A stretch of 30,754 nucleotides of DNA from Devosia equisanguinis. GTDB lineage: Bacteria > Pseudomonadota > Alphaproteobacteria > Rhizobiales > Hyphomicrobiaceae. Positions 18,040-25,868 of the stretch are shown here, one piece after another. Position 1 is the stretch's first letter, and every line of letters begins with the position of its first letter. A program made the translations under genes and the position numbers. The notes under the pieces are model-generated. The model had not been told where the DNA came from, searched no databases, and worked only from the letters and a program-made list of their open reading frames with translations. The stretch is taken from assembly GCA_945901835.1 (NCBI GenBank), contig CAMDMH010000001.1, positions 1-30,754 on the forward strand, written 5' to 3'.

Positions 18040-18570
18040 CTACTTGTGCGATTTCATCATGCCGAGGGTGAACAGATAGTCGTCGCCATCCTTCGGCTTG
18101 TGGCACTCGAAGCAAGCCTTGAGGTTGGCCTTGTCGTTGACCGCCCTCGCCGTCGTGTACGCTTGGTATTCCCACTCGCCGTTGCGCAGGTTGTCCGGGT
18201 ACTCCTTGCCCCAGCCGGCGCGCTTCTCCATCACGGCGTAGGCGGCGAGCTCGTCCTTCACGAAATGACCATCGGGCCCCTTGAGATGTGCGCCGGTGGG
18301 ATCAGCCTTCGACTTGAAGCTCTTCATTACGATCCAGGTGCCGCTGGGGATCGGCTTGCCGGCCTTGGCTACGTCGACCGCATCCTTGGTCGTGTAGAAC
18401 TCGCGATACAGCTTGTTGTTGGGATTGCTCACGACGCCGTACTTCACGCCCTTCTCGTAGTCGGCAGGGAACTTGACGAGGTCCGGTCCGGCATTGACCT
18501 GGACGATGGCGGTCCCGGCGAGAAGGACACCTGCAAAGACGGCGGCGGAGGCAACTGCTAGGACTCTCAT
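18040..18570 (-). CDS. Cytochrome P460 / c'-beta family protein, exported
   Basis: Signal peptide MRVLAVASAAVFAG; VKFPADY, GKPIPSGTWIVM, VMEKRAGWG, RNGEWEY and C-terminal CFECH heme motif followed by DYLFT. Confidence 0.88.
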   Translation of the reverse strand: MRVLAVASAAVFAGVLLAGTAIVQVNAGPDLVKFPADYEKGVKYGVVSNPNNKLYREFYTTKDAVDVAKAGKPIPSGTWIVMKSFKSKADPTGAHLKGPDGHFVKDELAAYAVMEKRAGWGKEYPDNLRNGEWEYQAYTTARAVNDKANLKACFECHKPKDGDDYLFTLGMMKSHK

Positions 18571-18729
18571 GGCGATTCTCCCGATCAAAAAATGACACCT
18601 GAAGCAGTATCGCTGGACTTCACGTTTCCGAGGCTTCGCGAGAAGATATACGGGCGCGGCGCGGAAAGGTTTCAAATAATCGCGAGGCACCGGCTGTCGG
18701 GCGGCGGCGGGGCCATGTAAGCTGCTGCC

Positions 18730-19236
18730 ATGACATCAAAGAACATCCGTTCCGGATTCTATTCCGGCTCCTTCGATCCGGTGACGCTCGGCCACGCCGA
18801 CGTGATGGCGCGCGCCATGCAGCTCGTCGACCGGTTGGTGATCGGCATCGGCGTGCATCCGGGCAAGACGCCGCTGTTCACGGTCGACGAGCGGATCGAC
18901 ATGCTGAAGAGCGAGGGGGCCCGCGTTGCGCCTGCGGGCGTCACGGTCGAGGTCGTGACCTTCGCGGGCTTGACGGTCGATGCGGCGCGCGATGCCGGCT
19001 GCTCCGCCATCTTCCGTGGCCTGCGCGACGGCACGGATCTCGACTACGAGATGCAGATGTGCGGCATGAACGGCGCGATGGCGCCCGACATCGGCACCGT
19101 GTTCCTGCCGGCGAGCCCCGGCGTGCGTCACATCACGGCGACGCTGGTGCGCCAGATCGCGCAGATGGGCGGGAACGTGACATCTTTCGTCTCGGCCGAC
19201 GTGGCGAGGCGGCTTGCAGCGAAGTTGAAGAAGTAG
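18730..19236 (+). CDS. coaD: Pantetheine-phosphate adenylyltransferase
   Basis: [12 protein letters not shown] (HxGH-type), [35 protein letters not shown]. Confidence 0.96.
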   Translation: MTSKNIRSGFYSGSFDPVTLGHADVMARAMQLVDRLVIGIGVHPGKTPLFTVDERIDMLKSEGARVAPAGVTVEVVTFAGLTVDAARDAGCSAIFRGLRDGTDLDYEMQMCGMNGAMAPDIGTVFLPASPGVRHITATLVRQIAQMGGNVTSFVSADVARRLAAKLKK

Positions 19237-19264
19237 GCCGGCGAACGGTCCATTGGGAGGGGAA

Positions 19265-20305
19265 ATGTCGGTTGCCCGGCGTGGCGTTCTGCGATCCGTG
19301 CTCGGCTCGCTGCTTCTTCTGACGGGATTGTCCGCAACGCATGCTCGCGCCGAAGATGTCGCGCAGTTCTACGTCGGCAAGACGGTCAGCATCGTTGTCA
19401 GCGTCGAGGTCGGCGGCCTCTATTCGACTTTCGCGACGATCCTCGCGCGGCACCTTCCACCGTTCATTCCCGGCCGGCCCACCGTCATCGTCCAGCACAT
19501 GCCGGGTGCCGGCGGGTCGATCGCAGTCAACTGGGGCTACAACGTCGCGCCCAAGGACGGCACGGTGATCATTTCGCCGAACACCGGGTTGCCGCTGCGG
19601 GTTCCCCTGGGTCTCGACAAGCCGACCTACGATGCGTCGAAAATGAACTGGCTCGGCGGCTGGAACGAGGGGATCAACACGGTCACTCTGCGGCGTGATC
19701 TGGCGCCGGCAACGACGATCGAAGCCGCGCGGGAACGCGAGGTGATCCTCGGCGCGATCGGCAAGTCGTCGAACACCTATACGGTGCCTGCGCTGATGAA
19801 CAACATGCTCGGGACGCGGTTCAAGCTGATCACCGGTTATCGCGGTGGTTCACCGATCCGGCTCGCGATGGAAAAAGGCGAAGTGCACGGCTGGGCTGGC
19901 CAATACGACGGGTGGAAGCTGATCGATCATCCGTGGGTCAGGGACGGCAACCTCGTGCATCTTGTGCAACTCGCGAGCAAGCCTTCGCCCGAACTAAAGG
20001 GCGTGCCCCTGTTGTCGTCGCTGTCGCGCAACGACGAGGAGCGTACGATCCTGAGGGCCATCGAGAGTGGGATCGCCGACAGGGCGCTGGTGGTAGCGCC
20101 GGGGGTGCCGGAAGCGCGCGTCAAGGCGCTCGCCAAGGCGTACAGCGAAGTTCTGCGCAATCCGCAATTCGTGAAGGATGCGGCCGCGGCGAAGTTCGAA
20201 ATCGATCCCATTCCTGGCGAGGTGATCGAAGCCTACGTGAAATCCGTCGCCGCCTTGCCGAAGGCGACGATCGCCAAGATGAAGCAGGCGATGGAGATCG
20301 AGTAG
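19265..20305 (+). CDS. Divergent Bug/TctC-type substrate-binding protein
   Basis: 346 aa; AQFYVGKTVSIVV..GGLYS, VQHMPGAGG, APKDGT, ITGYRGG..IRLAMEKGEVHG. Confidence 0.88.
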   Translation: MSVARRGVLRSVLGSLLLLTGLSATHARAEDVAQFYVGKTVSIVVSVEVGGLYSTFATILARHLPPFIPGRPTVIVQHMPGAGGSIAVNWGYNVAPKDGTVIISPNTGLPLRVPLGLDKPTYDASKMNWLGGWNEGINTVTLRRDLAPATTIEAAREREVILGAIGKSSNTYTVPALMNNMLGTRFKLITGYRGGSPIRLAMEKGEVHGWAGQYDGWKLIDHPWVRDGNLVHLVQLASKPSPELKGVPLLSSLSRNDEERTILRAIESGIADRALVVAPGVPEARVKALAKAYSEVLRNPQFVKDAAAAKFEIDPIPGEVIEAYVKSVAALPKATIAKMKQAMEIE

Positions 20306-20340
20306 GCCGCGCCGTGTGTGCCGGAGGATTGCGATCGCTT

Positions 20341-20368
20341 TTGCGCTGTCTCGTTTTGTTGGTATACG
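20341..20368 (+). promoter_or_regulatory. Possible sigma70-type promoter of the second paralog
   Basis: TTGCGC-16 nt-TATACG in an AT-richer intergenic gap. Confidence 0.3.
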
Positions 20369-20406
20369 TTCGATTGAATTGGCCGGCGCACCGAGGGGGA
20401 AGCTCG

Positions 20407-21475
20407 ATGCGGTCGAGGTGCCTGCCATCGAGGGGATCGAAGCCTGATCGCGAATTCAGCGGCGGCGAACCTCACCATCACCGCGGCCGCGGCCTTGCTC
20501 GCGGTGCAACCGGCGCGCGCCGGCGATGTCGCACAATTCTATGCCGGCAAGAATGTCAGCATCGTCGTCGGCTTCGAGGCCGGTGGTCTTTACTCGACAT
20601 TCTCGGCGATCCTGGCGCGCCATCTCGGCCGGCACATCCCCGGCCAGCCCAACGTGATCGTCCAGCACATGCCGGGTGCCGGCGGCATCGTCTCGGTCAA
20701 CTGGGGCTACAACGTCGCGCCGAAGGACGGCACGGTCATCTTCACGCCGCTGCCTGGACTGCCGCTGCGGGTGCCGCTCGGGCTCGACAAGCCGACCTAC
20801 GACGCCATGAAGCTGCAATGGCTCGGCGGGTGGGGCGAAGGCATCAACGCGGTGACGCTGCGCCGCGATACGGCGCCGGCCCTCACGATGGAGGAAGCAC
20901 AGCGGCGCGAGGTCATCGTCGGCGCGATCAGTAAGTCGTCGAACACCTAGACGGTGCCGGCGCTGATGAACAATCTGCTGGGCACGAAGTTCCGGATCAT
21001 CACGGGCTACCAGGGCGGCGCGCCGATCCGGCTCGCGATGGAGAAGGGCGAGATCCACGGCTGGTCGGGACAGGCCGACGGCTGGCGGATGATCGATCAC
21101 CCCTGGCTCAGGGACGGCAATCTCGTGCATCTGGCGCAGCTCGCCAGCAAGCCTGCGGCGGAACTGAAGGGCGTGCCGATGCTGTCTTCGTTCGCCCGCG
21201 AACCCGAAGAGCTTTCGATCCTCAAGACGATCGAGAGCGGTGTCGCCGATCGTGCCGTCGTGGTCGCGCCGGGCGTTCCCGCGGAACGCACGAAGGCGCT
21301 CGCGAAGGCCTTCCAGGATGCATTGCGCGATCCGCAGTTCAGGAAGGAGGCGTCGGCCGCCAAGTTCGAGATCGAGCCGATCGCCGGGGAGACGATCCAG
21401 GCGTTCGTCGCAAGCGTGGCCTCGCTGCCACCAGCTACTATCGCCCGGATGAAGAAGGCTATGGAGATCGACTGA
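20407..21475 (+). pseudogene. Interrupted tandem paralog of 19265..20305 (Bug/TctC-type)
   Basis: In-frame TAG at 20948-20950 where the paralog has TAT (SSNT-Y-TVPALMNN). The SD-preceded ATG at 20407 is out of frame with the gene body. Confidence 0.85.
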
Positions 21476-21573
21476 GGGGGCCTGGCCGGCGCTGCTACCG
21501 CTGTTTGCAGGGGGCGGCTGAACATGCTTATTGGGCTTCAAACAAGCAGCCGATAGCATCAACGGTACCCCCT

Positions 21574-23262
21574 ATGACCAAAATTTATGAAGCCCTCGCG
21601 GAAGCGTTCGTCGCGGAAGGGGTCGATACGCAATTCGCACTGATGGGCGACGGCAACATGCACTGGTCGACGGCCATGGCTGCCCTGCCCGGCATCCAGA
21701 CGATCCATGTCCGACACGAGCACTGCACCGTGGCTGCCGCGACTGCTTACACCGCTGCTACGGGCAAGATCGCGACTGCGTCCGTCACATGCGGGCCGGG
21801 CCTCACGCAGCTCATGACGGCGCTGCCGGCCGCCGTGCGCGCCCGCCTGCCGATGGTGGTGTTCGCGGGCGAGGCGCCGATCGGCGCCAAGTTCTACACC
21901 CAGCACATCGACCAGGCACCGCTGGTGACGGGGACCGGCGCGCACTACATCGCGGCCCACAGCGTGCCGCGCATGATGGACTACGTGCGCGAGGCTTTCC
22001 ACGTCGCGAAGTACGAGCGGCGCCCCGTGGTGCTCGGCATCCCCTACGACCTTCAGAAGGTCGAGCACACGTCCAACGAACCCTACCAGACGTCGGCGAT
22101 GTACTATCCCAAGTCCGGGCGGGCATATCCCGATCCCGCCATGGTCGCCGATGTCGTGGAGCGGCTCGCCAAAGCTAAGCGGCCGATCATCATCGGAGGC
22201 CGCGGCGTCGCCTATGCCGGCGCGCGCGAGGCCGTGATGAAGCTCGCTGACCGCAGCGGCGCGCTTCTCGCGAACACGCTGCCGATGCGCGGCCTGTTCC
22301 ACGATCACGAGTTCAACGTCGGCATCCCCGGCAGCTACTTCACGGCGCTCGGCAAGGAGATGTTCGAAGCCGCCGACGTCGTGGTCGCGGTCGGCTGCAG
22401 CCTGTCCTACTACGTCGGCGGCGGCCACTATTTCACCAAGGCCTGCACGATACAGTTGGACGATGCACCGCGGGGCCTGCGCGACGGGCAGAAGGCCGCC
22501 GACATCTACCTCAAATGCGACGCGCTGGTCGGCGTCGAAGCGCTGAGCGCCGGGCTCGACAAGAAGCTCGGCGCGGGCAAGCCCACGTCGGCTGCGATAC
22601 GCTCCAAGGAACTCGCGCATCGCATCGCGACCGAACCGGCCGATGCCATGCCGTTCGAGATCGAGCCCGGACTGCTCGATCCGCGCGATGCGATCAGCGC
22701 GCTCGACGCGGCGATCCCGAAAGATTGGGACATCGTCGGCGGCACGGGCCACCAGGCGTTCTGGCTGGCCCAGATGCGCGGCCGGCCCGCTGACCGCTTC
22801 ACGACGATTCGCGAGTTCGGCGCGGTCGGCAACGGGCTCTCGTATGCCATGGGCGTTGCCGCTGCACGGAGGCAGGGACGCGACGGCAAGCTCGTTCTGA
22901 TCGAGGGCGACGGCGGATTCCTGTTCCACATTCAGGAACTCGAGACGATCAAGCGGCACGGCCTGCGCATGTTGATCTGCGTGATGAACGATGCGGGCTA
23001 CGGCTCGGAGTTCCACAAGCTGCGCGCCGACAACGTCGACGACAGCCAGGCGATCTTCGGCCGACCGAAGTTCGAGGAGATCGCGAAGGGCTTCGGCCTG
23101 CGCGGGCATGAAATCCGCGAGGGAGACCTGGCCAAGATCCCCAAGCTGTTCGCCGATTTCTGCGCGCAGGGCGAAAGCGAGATCTGGAACATCCAGATCT
23201 CGGACAAGGTCACGGCACCGATCATCCGCCAGACGATCAAGCGCGGACACGGCAAAATGTGA
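21574..23262 (+). CDS. Thiamine pyrophosphate-dependent enzyme (acetolactate synthase-like superfamily)
   Basis: FALMGDGN, VRHEH catalytic Glu, TCGPGLT, EGDGGF...VMNDAGYG ThDP motif; start at MTKIYEAL inferred, no clear SD. Confidence 0.9.
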   Translation: MTKIYEALAEAFVAEGVDTQFALMGDGNMHWSTAMAALPGIQTIHVRHEHCTVAAATAYTAATGKIATASVTCGPGLTQLMTALPAAVRARLPMVVFAGEAPIGAKFYTQHIDQAPLVTGTGAHYIAAHSVPRMMDYVREAFHVAKYERRPVVLGIPYDLQKVEHTSNEPYQTSAMYYPKSGRAYPDPAMVADVVERLAKAKRPIIIGGRGVAYAGAREAVMKLADRSGALLANTLPMRGLFHDHEFNVGIPGSYFTALGKEMFEAADVVVAVGCSLSYYVGGGHYFTKACTIQLDDAPRGLRDGQKAADIYLKCDALVGVEALSAGLDKKLGAGKPTSAAIRSKELAHRIATEPADAMPFEIEPGLLDPRDAISALDAAIPKDWDIVGGTGHQAFWLAQMRGRPADRFTTIREFGAVGNGLSYAMGVAAARRQGRDGKLVLIEGDGGFLFHIQELETIKRHGLRMLICVMNDAGYGSEFHKLRADNVDDSQAIFGRPKFEEIAKGFGLRGHEIREGDLAKIPKLFADFCAQGESEIWNIQISDKVTAPIIRQTIKRGHGKM

Positions 23263-23305
23263 GCGTGGCTGAGCTTTTTGATCGCACAAATTCGAGTTGA
23301 ATTCC

Positions 23306-23339
23306 GGCCCACGCATCGCTTCCGGTGCGGGGCCTTTTT
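23306..23339 (+). terminator. Rho-independent terminator
   Basis: GGCCC-A-CGCATCG-CTTC-CGGTGCG-GGGCC stem-loop followed by TTTTT. Confidence 0.75.
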
Positions 23340-23612
23340 CTCGGTAGCGTGTTCAACTCTCATTTCGCGAGATTTCGTTTCATAACCGGCGATTATTTCG
23401 ACGCCGCGGAACGCCGAACGGCGAAGCGCATGTTTTCTCTGCGCAAAATCACTCTCCGACAAATCCTCTTATATAACTGCGACTTATAACTTTTAGCTCA
23501 TTTCGCAACGAGCATTACGGGCGTCGCATTCTCGCCCCACGCGGCACCTACGGCCCAGTTCGGGGCACGGGACGGAGGCAATACCGATCTCAACCGATCT
23601 GGGGGACCAGGA

Positions 23613-24338
23613 ATGTCAAAAGCCAAAAGTCTTCACGTCGTCGCTTTGCTTATAGCTGCTGCCGCGGGATCTGCCTCCGCGGCGGATCTCGGGGGGCCGC
23701 GGCGCTCCATGAAGGATGCGCCCGTCGTCGTCGAGCCGGCCTACGCCGCGCCCGTCTACAACTGGTCTGGCCTCTATGGCGGCGTCTTCCTCGGTGGCGC
23801 CAGCCAGGGCTGGATGGTCGACTTCTACCGCAACAACAACCACGGGCATGCGGATGTCGGTTCGACCGGCATCGCGTACGGCGCGATGCTCGGCTACAAC
23901 GTGTTGGTCAGTCCGAATTTCGTGCTCGGCGTCGAGGCCGACATCGGCTCCTCGAACGCCAGCCAAGCCAACAACATCTTCGACAACGACACGTCGTATT
24001 CGACGATCAGCTCGTTCGGCAGCCTAAGGGGACGCGCGGGCTATGCGATGGATCGCCTGCTGATCTATGCCACCGCCGGCTTCGCATTCGGCAAGGTCAC
24101 CAACGACATCCAGAAGGGCCGCAACGCCGGCGAAGAGATCGTCTACGACAACCAATGGCAGAACGGCTACGTGCTCGGCGGCGGTATGGAATATGCGTTC
24201 ACCGGCAACATTCTCGCCCGCGTCGAATATCTCTACTCGAACTACGGGACGGTGACGTTGTTCAACCGCGACAACAACCTGACCGAGATGACCAACGACA
24301 TGCATCAGGTGCGCGTCGGGTTGGCGTACAAGTTCTGA
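23613..24338 (+). CDS. Omp25/RopB-family outer membrane beta-barrel protein
   Basis: Signal ending ASA-ADLGG; YNWSGLYGG, VLGVEAD, SLRGRAGYAMDRLLIYATAG, GGGMEYA, RVEYLY; C-terminal Phe (LAYKF). Confidence 0.93.
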   Translation: MSKAKSLHVVALLIAAAAGSASAADLGGPRRSMKDAPVVVEPAYAAPVYNWSGLYGGVFLGGASQGWMVDFYRNNNHGHADVGSTGIAYGAMLGYNVLVSPNFVLGVEADIGSSNASQANNIFDNDTSYSTISSFGSLRGRAGYAMDRLLIYATAGFAFGKVTNDIQKGRNAGEEIVYDNQWQNGYVLGGGMEYAFTGNILARVEYLYSNYGTVTLFNRDNNLTEMTNDMHQVRVGLAYKF

Positions 24339-24361
24339 CGGACCGGAACTCGTCCAGATTT

Positions 24362-24389
24362 GGGCCCGCGCCGGCTTTCCGGAGTGGGC
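24362..24389 (+). terminator. Hairpin downstream of the porin gene (possible terminator)
   Basis: GGGCCC-GC-G-CCGG-CTTT-CCGG-A-GT-GGGCCC; no U-tract. Confidence 0.4.
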
Positions 24390-24526
24390 CCGAACTTCGA
24401 GCTGAGCGGAGAACCCCGCATGTCCGGCTCGTGTTGCACGTTGGCCCAAGAACCGCCATAAGGCGCTCGCACATCCAAGGAAGCGGGCTCAACCTTGTCC
24501 GCACACCATCCGACCAGGAGCTTCCC

Positions 24527-25084
24527 TTGACGCGTTCGACCCTTGCCGCGGCGTCCTTCGCCGCCATGATGCTGGCCACGCCTGTCGCCTTCGCCCAGAA
24601 GGCCGATCCGGCCAATACGCTCGTGATCGAGCTGAAGTCGGGGCCGGTGCAGATCCAGCTCATGCCAGACCTTGCGCCCAAGCACGTGGCGCGCGTGAAG
24701 CAGCTCGCCAATGAGGGCTTCTACAACGGCATCAAGTTCCATCGCGTGATCGACGGCTTCATGGCGCAGTCCGGCGATCCGACCGGCACCGGCAGCGGTG
24801 GCTCGAAGTACGGCAGCATTCCCGCAGAGTTCTCGAAGTACGTCTACAAGCGCGGCACGGTGGGTGCGGCGCGGACCAGCGATCCCAACAGCGCGAACAG
24901 CCAGTTCTACATCTGCTTCAACGATACGGGCTGCCAGGGCCTGACCGGCCAGTATACCGTGTGGGGCCAGGTGATCTCCGGCATGGAGAACGTCGACAAG
25001 ATCAAGCGCGGCGCGCCGGGCTCGGGCGCGGTGACGGACCCGGACGTGATGCAGAAGGTGTATCTACTGTCGAACAAGAAGTGA
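24527..25084 (+). CDS. Cyclophilin-type peptidylprolyl isomerase, exported
   Basis: TTG start after AGGAG; signal peptide ending AFA; FYNGIKFHRVIDGFMAQSGDP, ARTSDPNSANSQFYI, YTVWGQV. Confidence 0.92.
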   Translation: MTRSTLAAASFAAMMLATPVAFAQKADPANTLVIELKSGPVQIQLMPDLAPKHVARVKQLANEGFYNGIKFHRVIDGFMAQSGDPTGTGSGGSKYGSIPAEFSKYVYKRGTVGAARTSDPNSANSQFYICFNDTGCQGLTGQYTVWGQVISGMENVDKIKRGAPGSGAVTDPDVMQKVYLLSNKK

Positions 25085-25092
25085 GTGAACGC

Positions 25093-25201
25093 CGTAGGTC
25101 GGGTTAGCTCGGAATTGCCGAGCGTAACCCGACATCCAAGCGGCCTCGCGTCGAACAGACGTTGGGTTACGCGGCGCTCCGCACCGCTAACCCAACCTAC
25201 G
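25093..25201. repeat. GTAG-type four-armed REP/REPIN-like element
   Basis: Terminal IR CGTAGGTCGGGTTAGC / GCTAACCCAACCTACG (1 mismatch); inner IR GCGTAACCCGAC / GTTGGGTTACGC (1 mismatch). Confidence 0.85.
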
Positions 25202-25223
25202 AAGAGAAACAAAGGAGCCTGCC

Positions 25224-25697
25224 ATGGCCTACAAAGATCCAGAGAATACGATCGTGATGGAGACGACCAAGGGTAACGTCGTGATCCAGTTGCGGCCCGA
25301 TCTCGCGCCGAAGCATGCCGAGCGCATCAAGATGCTCGCGCGCGAAGGCTTCTATGACGGCATCGTGTTCCATCGCGTGATCGACGGCTTCATGGCGCAG
25401 GTCGGCTGCCCGCACGGCACCGGCACCGGCGGTTCGAAGCACCCGAACCTTCAGGCCGAGTTCAACGCCGAGCCGCATGTGCGCGGCGTGTGCTCGATGG
25501 CGCGGTCGTCCAGCCCGAACAGCGCCAACAGCCAGTTCTTCATCTGCTTCGACGACGCCAGCTTCCTCAACAAGCAGTACACTGTGTGGGGCCAGGTGAT
25601 CGAAGGCATGGACAACGTCGACAAGATCAAGAAGGGCGAGCCGGTGCAGAACCCGGACAAGATCGTGTCGATGAAGGTTGCCGCGGATATCAAGTAA
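25224..25697 (+). CDS. Cyclophilin-type peptidylprolyl isomerase, cytoplasmic
   Basis: AAGGAG RBS; FYDGIVFHRVIDGFMAQ, SMARSSSPNSANSQFFICF, YTVWGQV. Confidence 0.95.
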   Translation: MAYKDPENTIVMETTKGNVVIQLRPDLAPKHAERIKMLAREGFYDGIVFHRVIDGFMAQVGCPHGTGTGGSKHPNLQAEFNAEPHVRGVCSMARSSSPNSANSQFFICFDDASFLNKQYTVWGQVIEGMDNVDKIKKGEPVQNPDKIVSMKVAADIK

Positions 25698-25710
25698 CGG
25701 CATTTGGGCG

Positions 25711-25739
25711 TTGGGGTCAGTCCCGCGGGGTCTGCCCCC
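25711..25739. repeat. GGGGTCAGACCC-type short palindromic repeat, copy 2
   Basis: GGGGTCAGTCCC-GCG-GGGTCTGCCCCC imperfect hairpin; left arm matches 1455-1470. Confidence 0.55.
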
Positions 25740-25759
25740 GCCTGATCGCTGGTCGAAAC

Positions 25760-25788
25760 AAGGGGCGGCGCCGAAAGGCTCGCCCCTT
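25760..25788 (+). terminator. Probable terminator of the cyclophilin pair
   Basis: AAGGGGCG-GC-GCC-GAAA-GGC-T-CGCCCCTT stem with GNRA loop, followed by ACGTATTTT. Confidence 0.55.
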
Positions 25789-25868
25789 ACGTATTTTCCA
25801 CGTGTCGGCTTGACGCATATGGCCGCTCACCGGCATTGTCCCGGCGATTTCCAAAAGAGGCACCCGCA

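Noticed and set aside
20948-20950. Amber recoding or pyrrolysine read-through at the in-frame TAG
   Set aside because: TAG is the ordinary stop of many genes here (7329, 9115, 14196, 14882, 17496, 19236, 20305, 27134, 30315), no pyl genes are present, and the gene also has a defective start.
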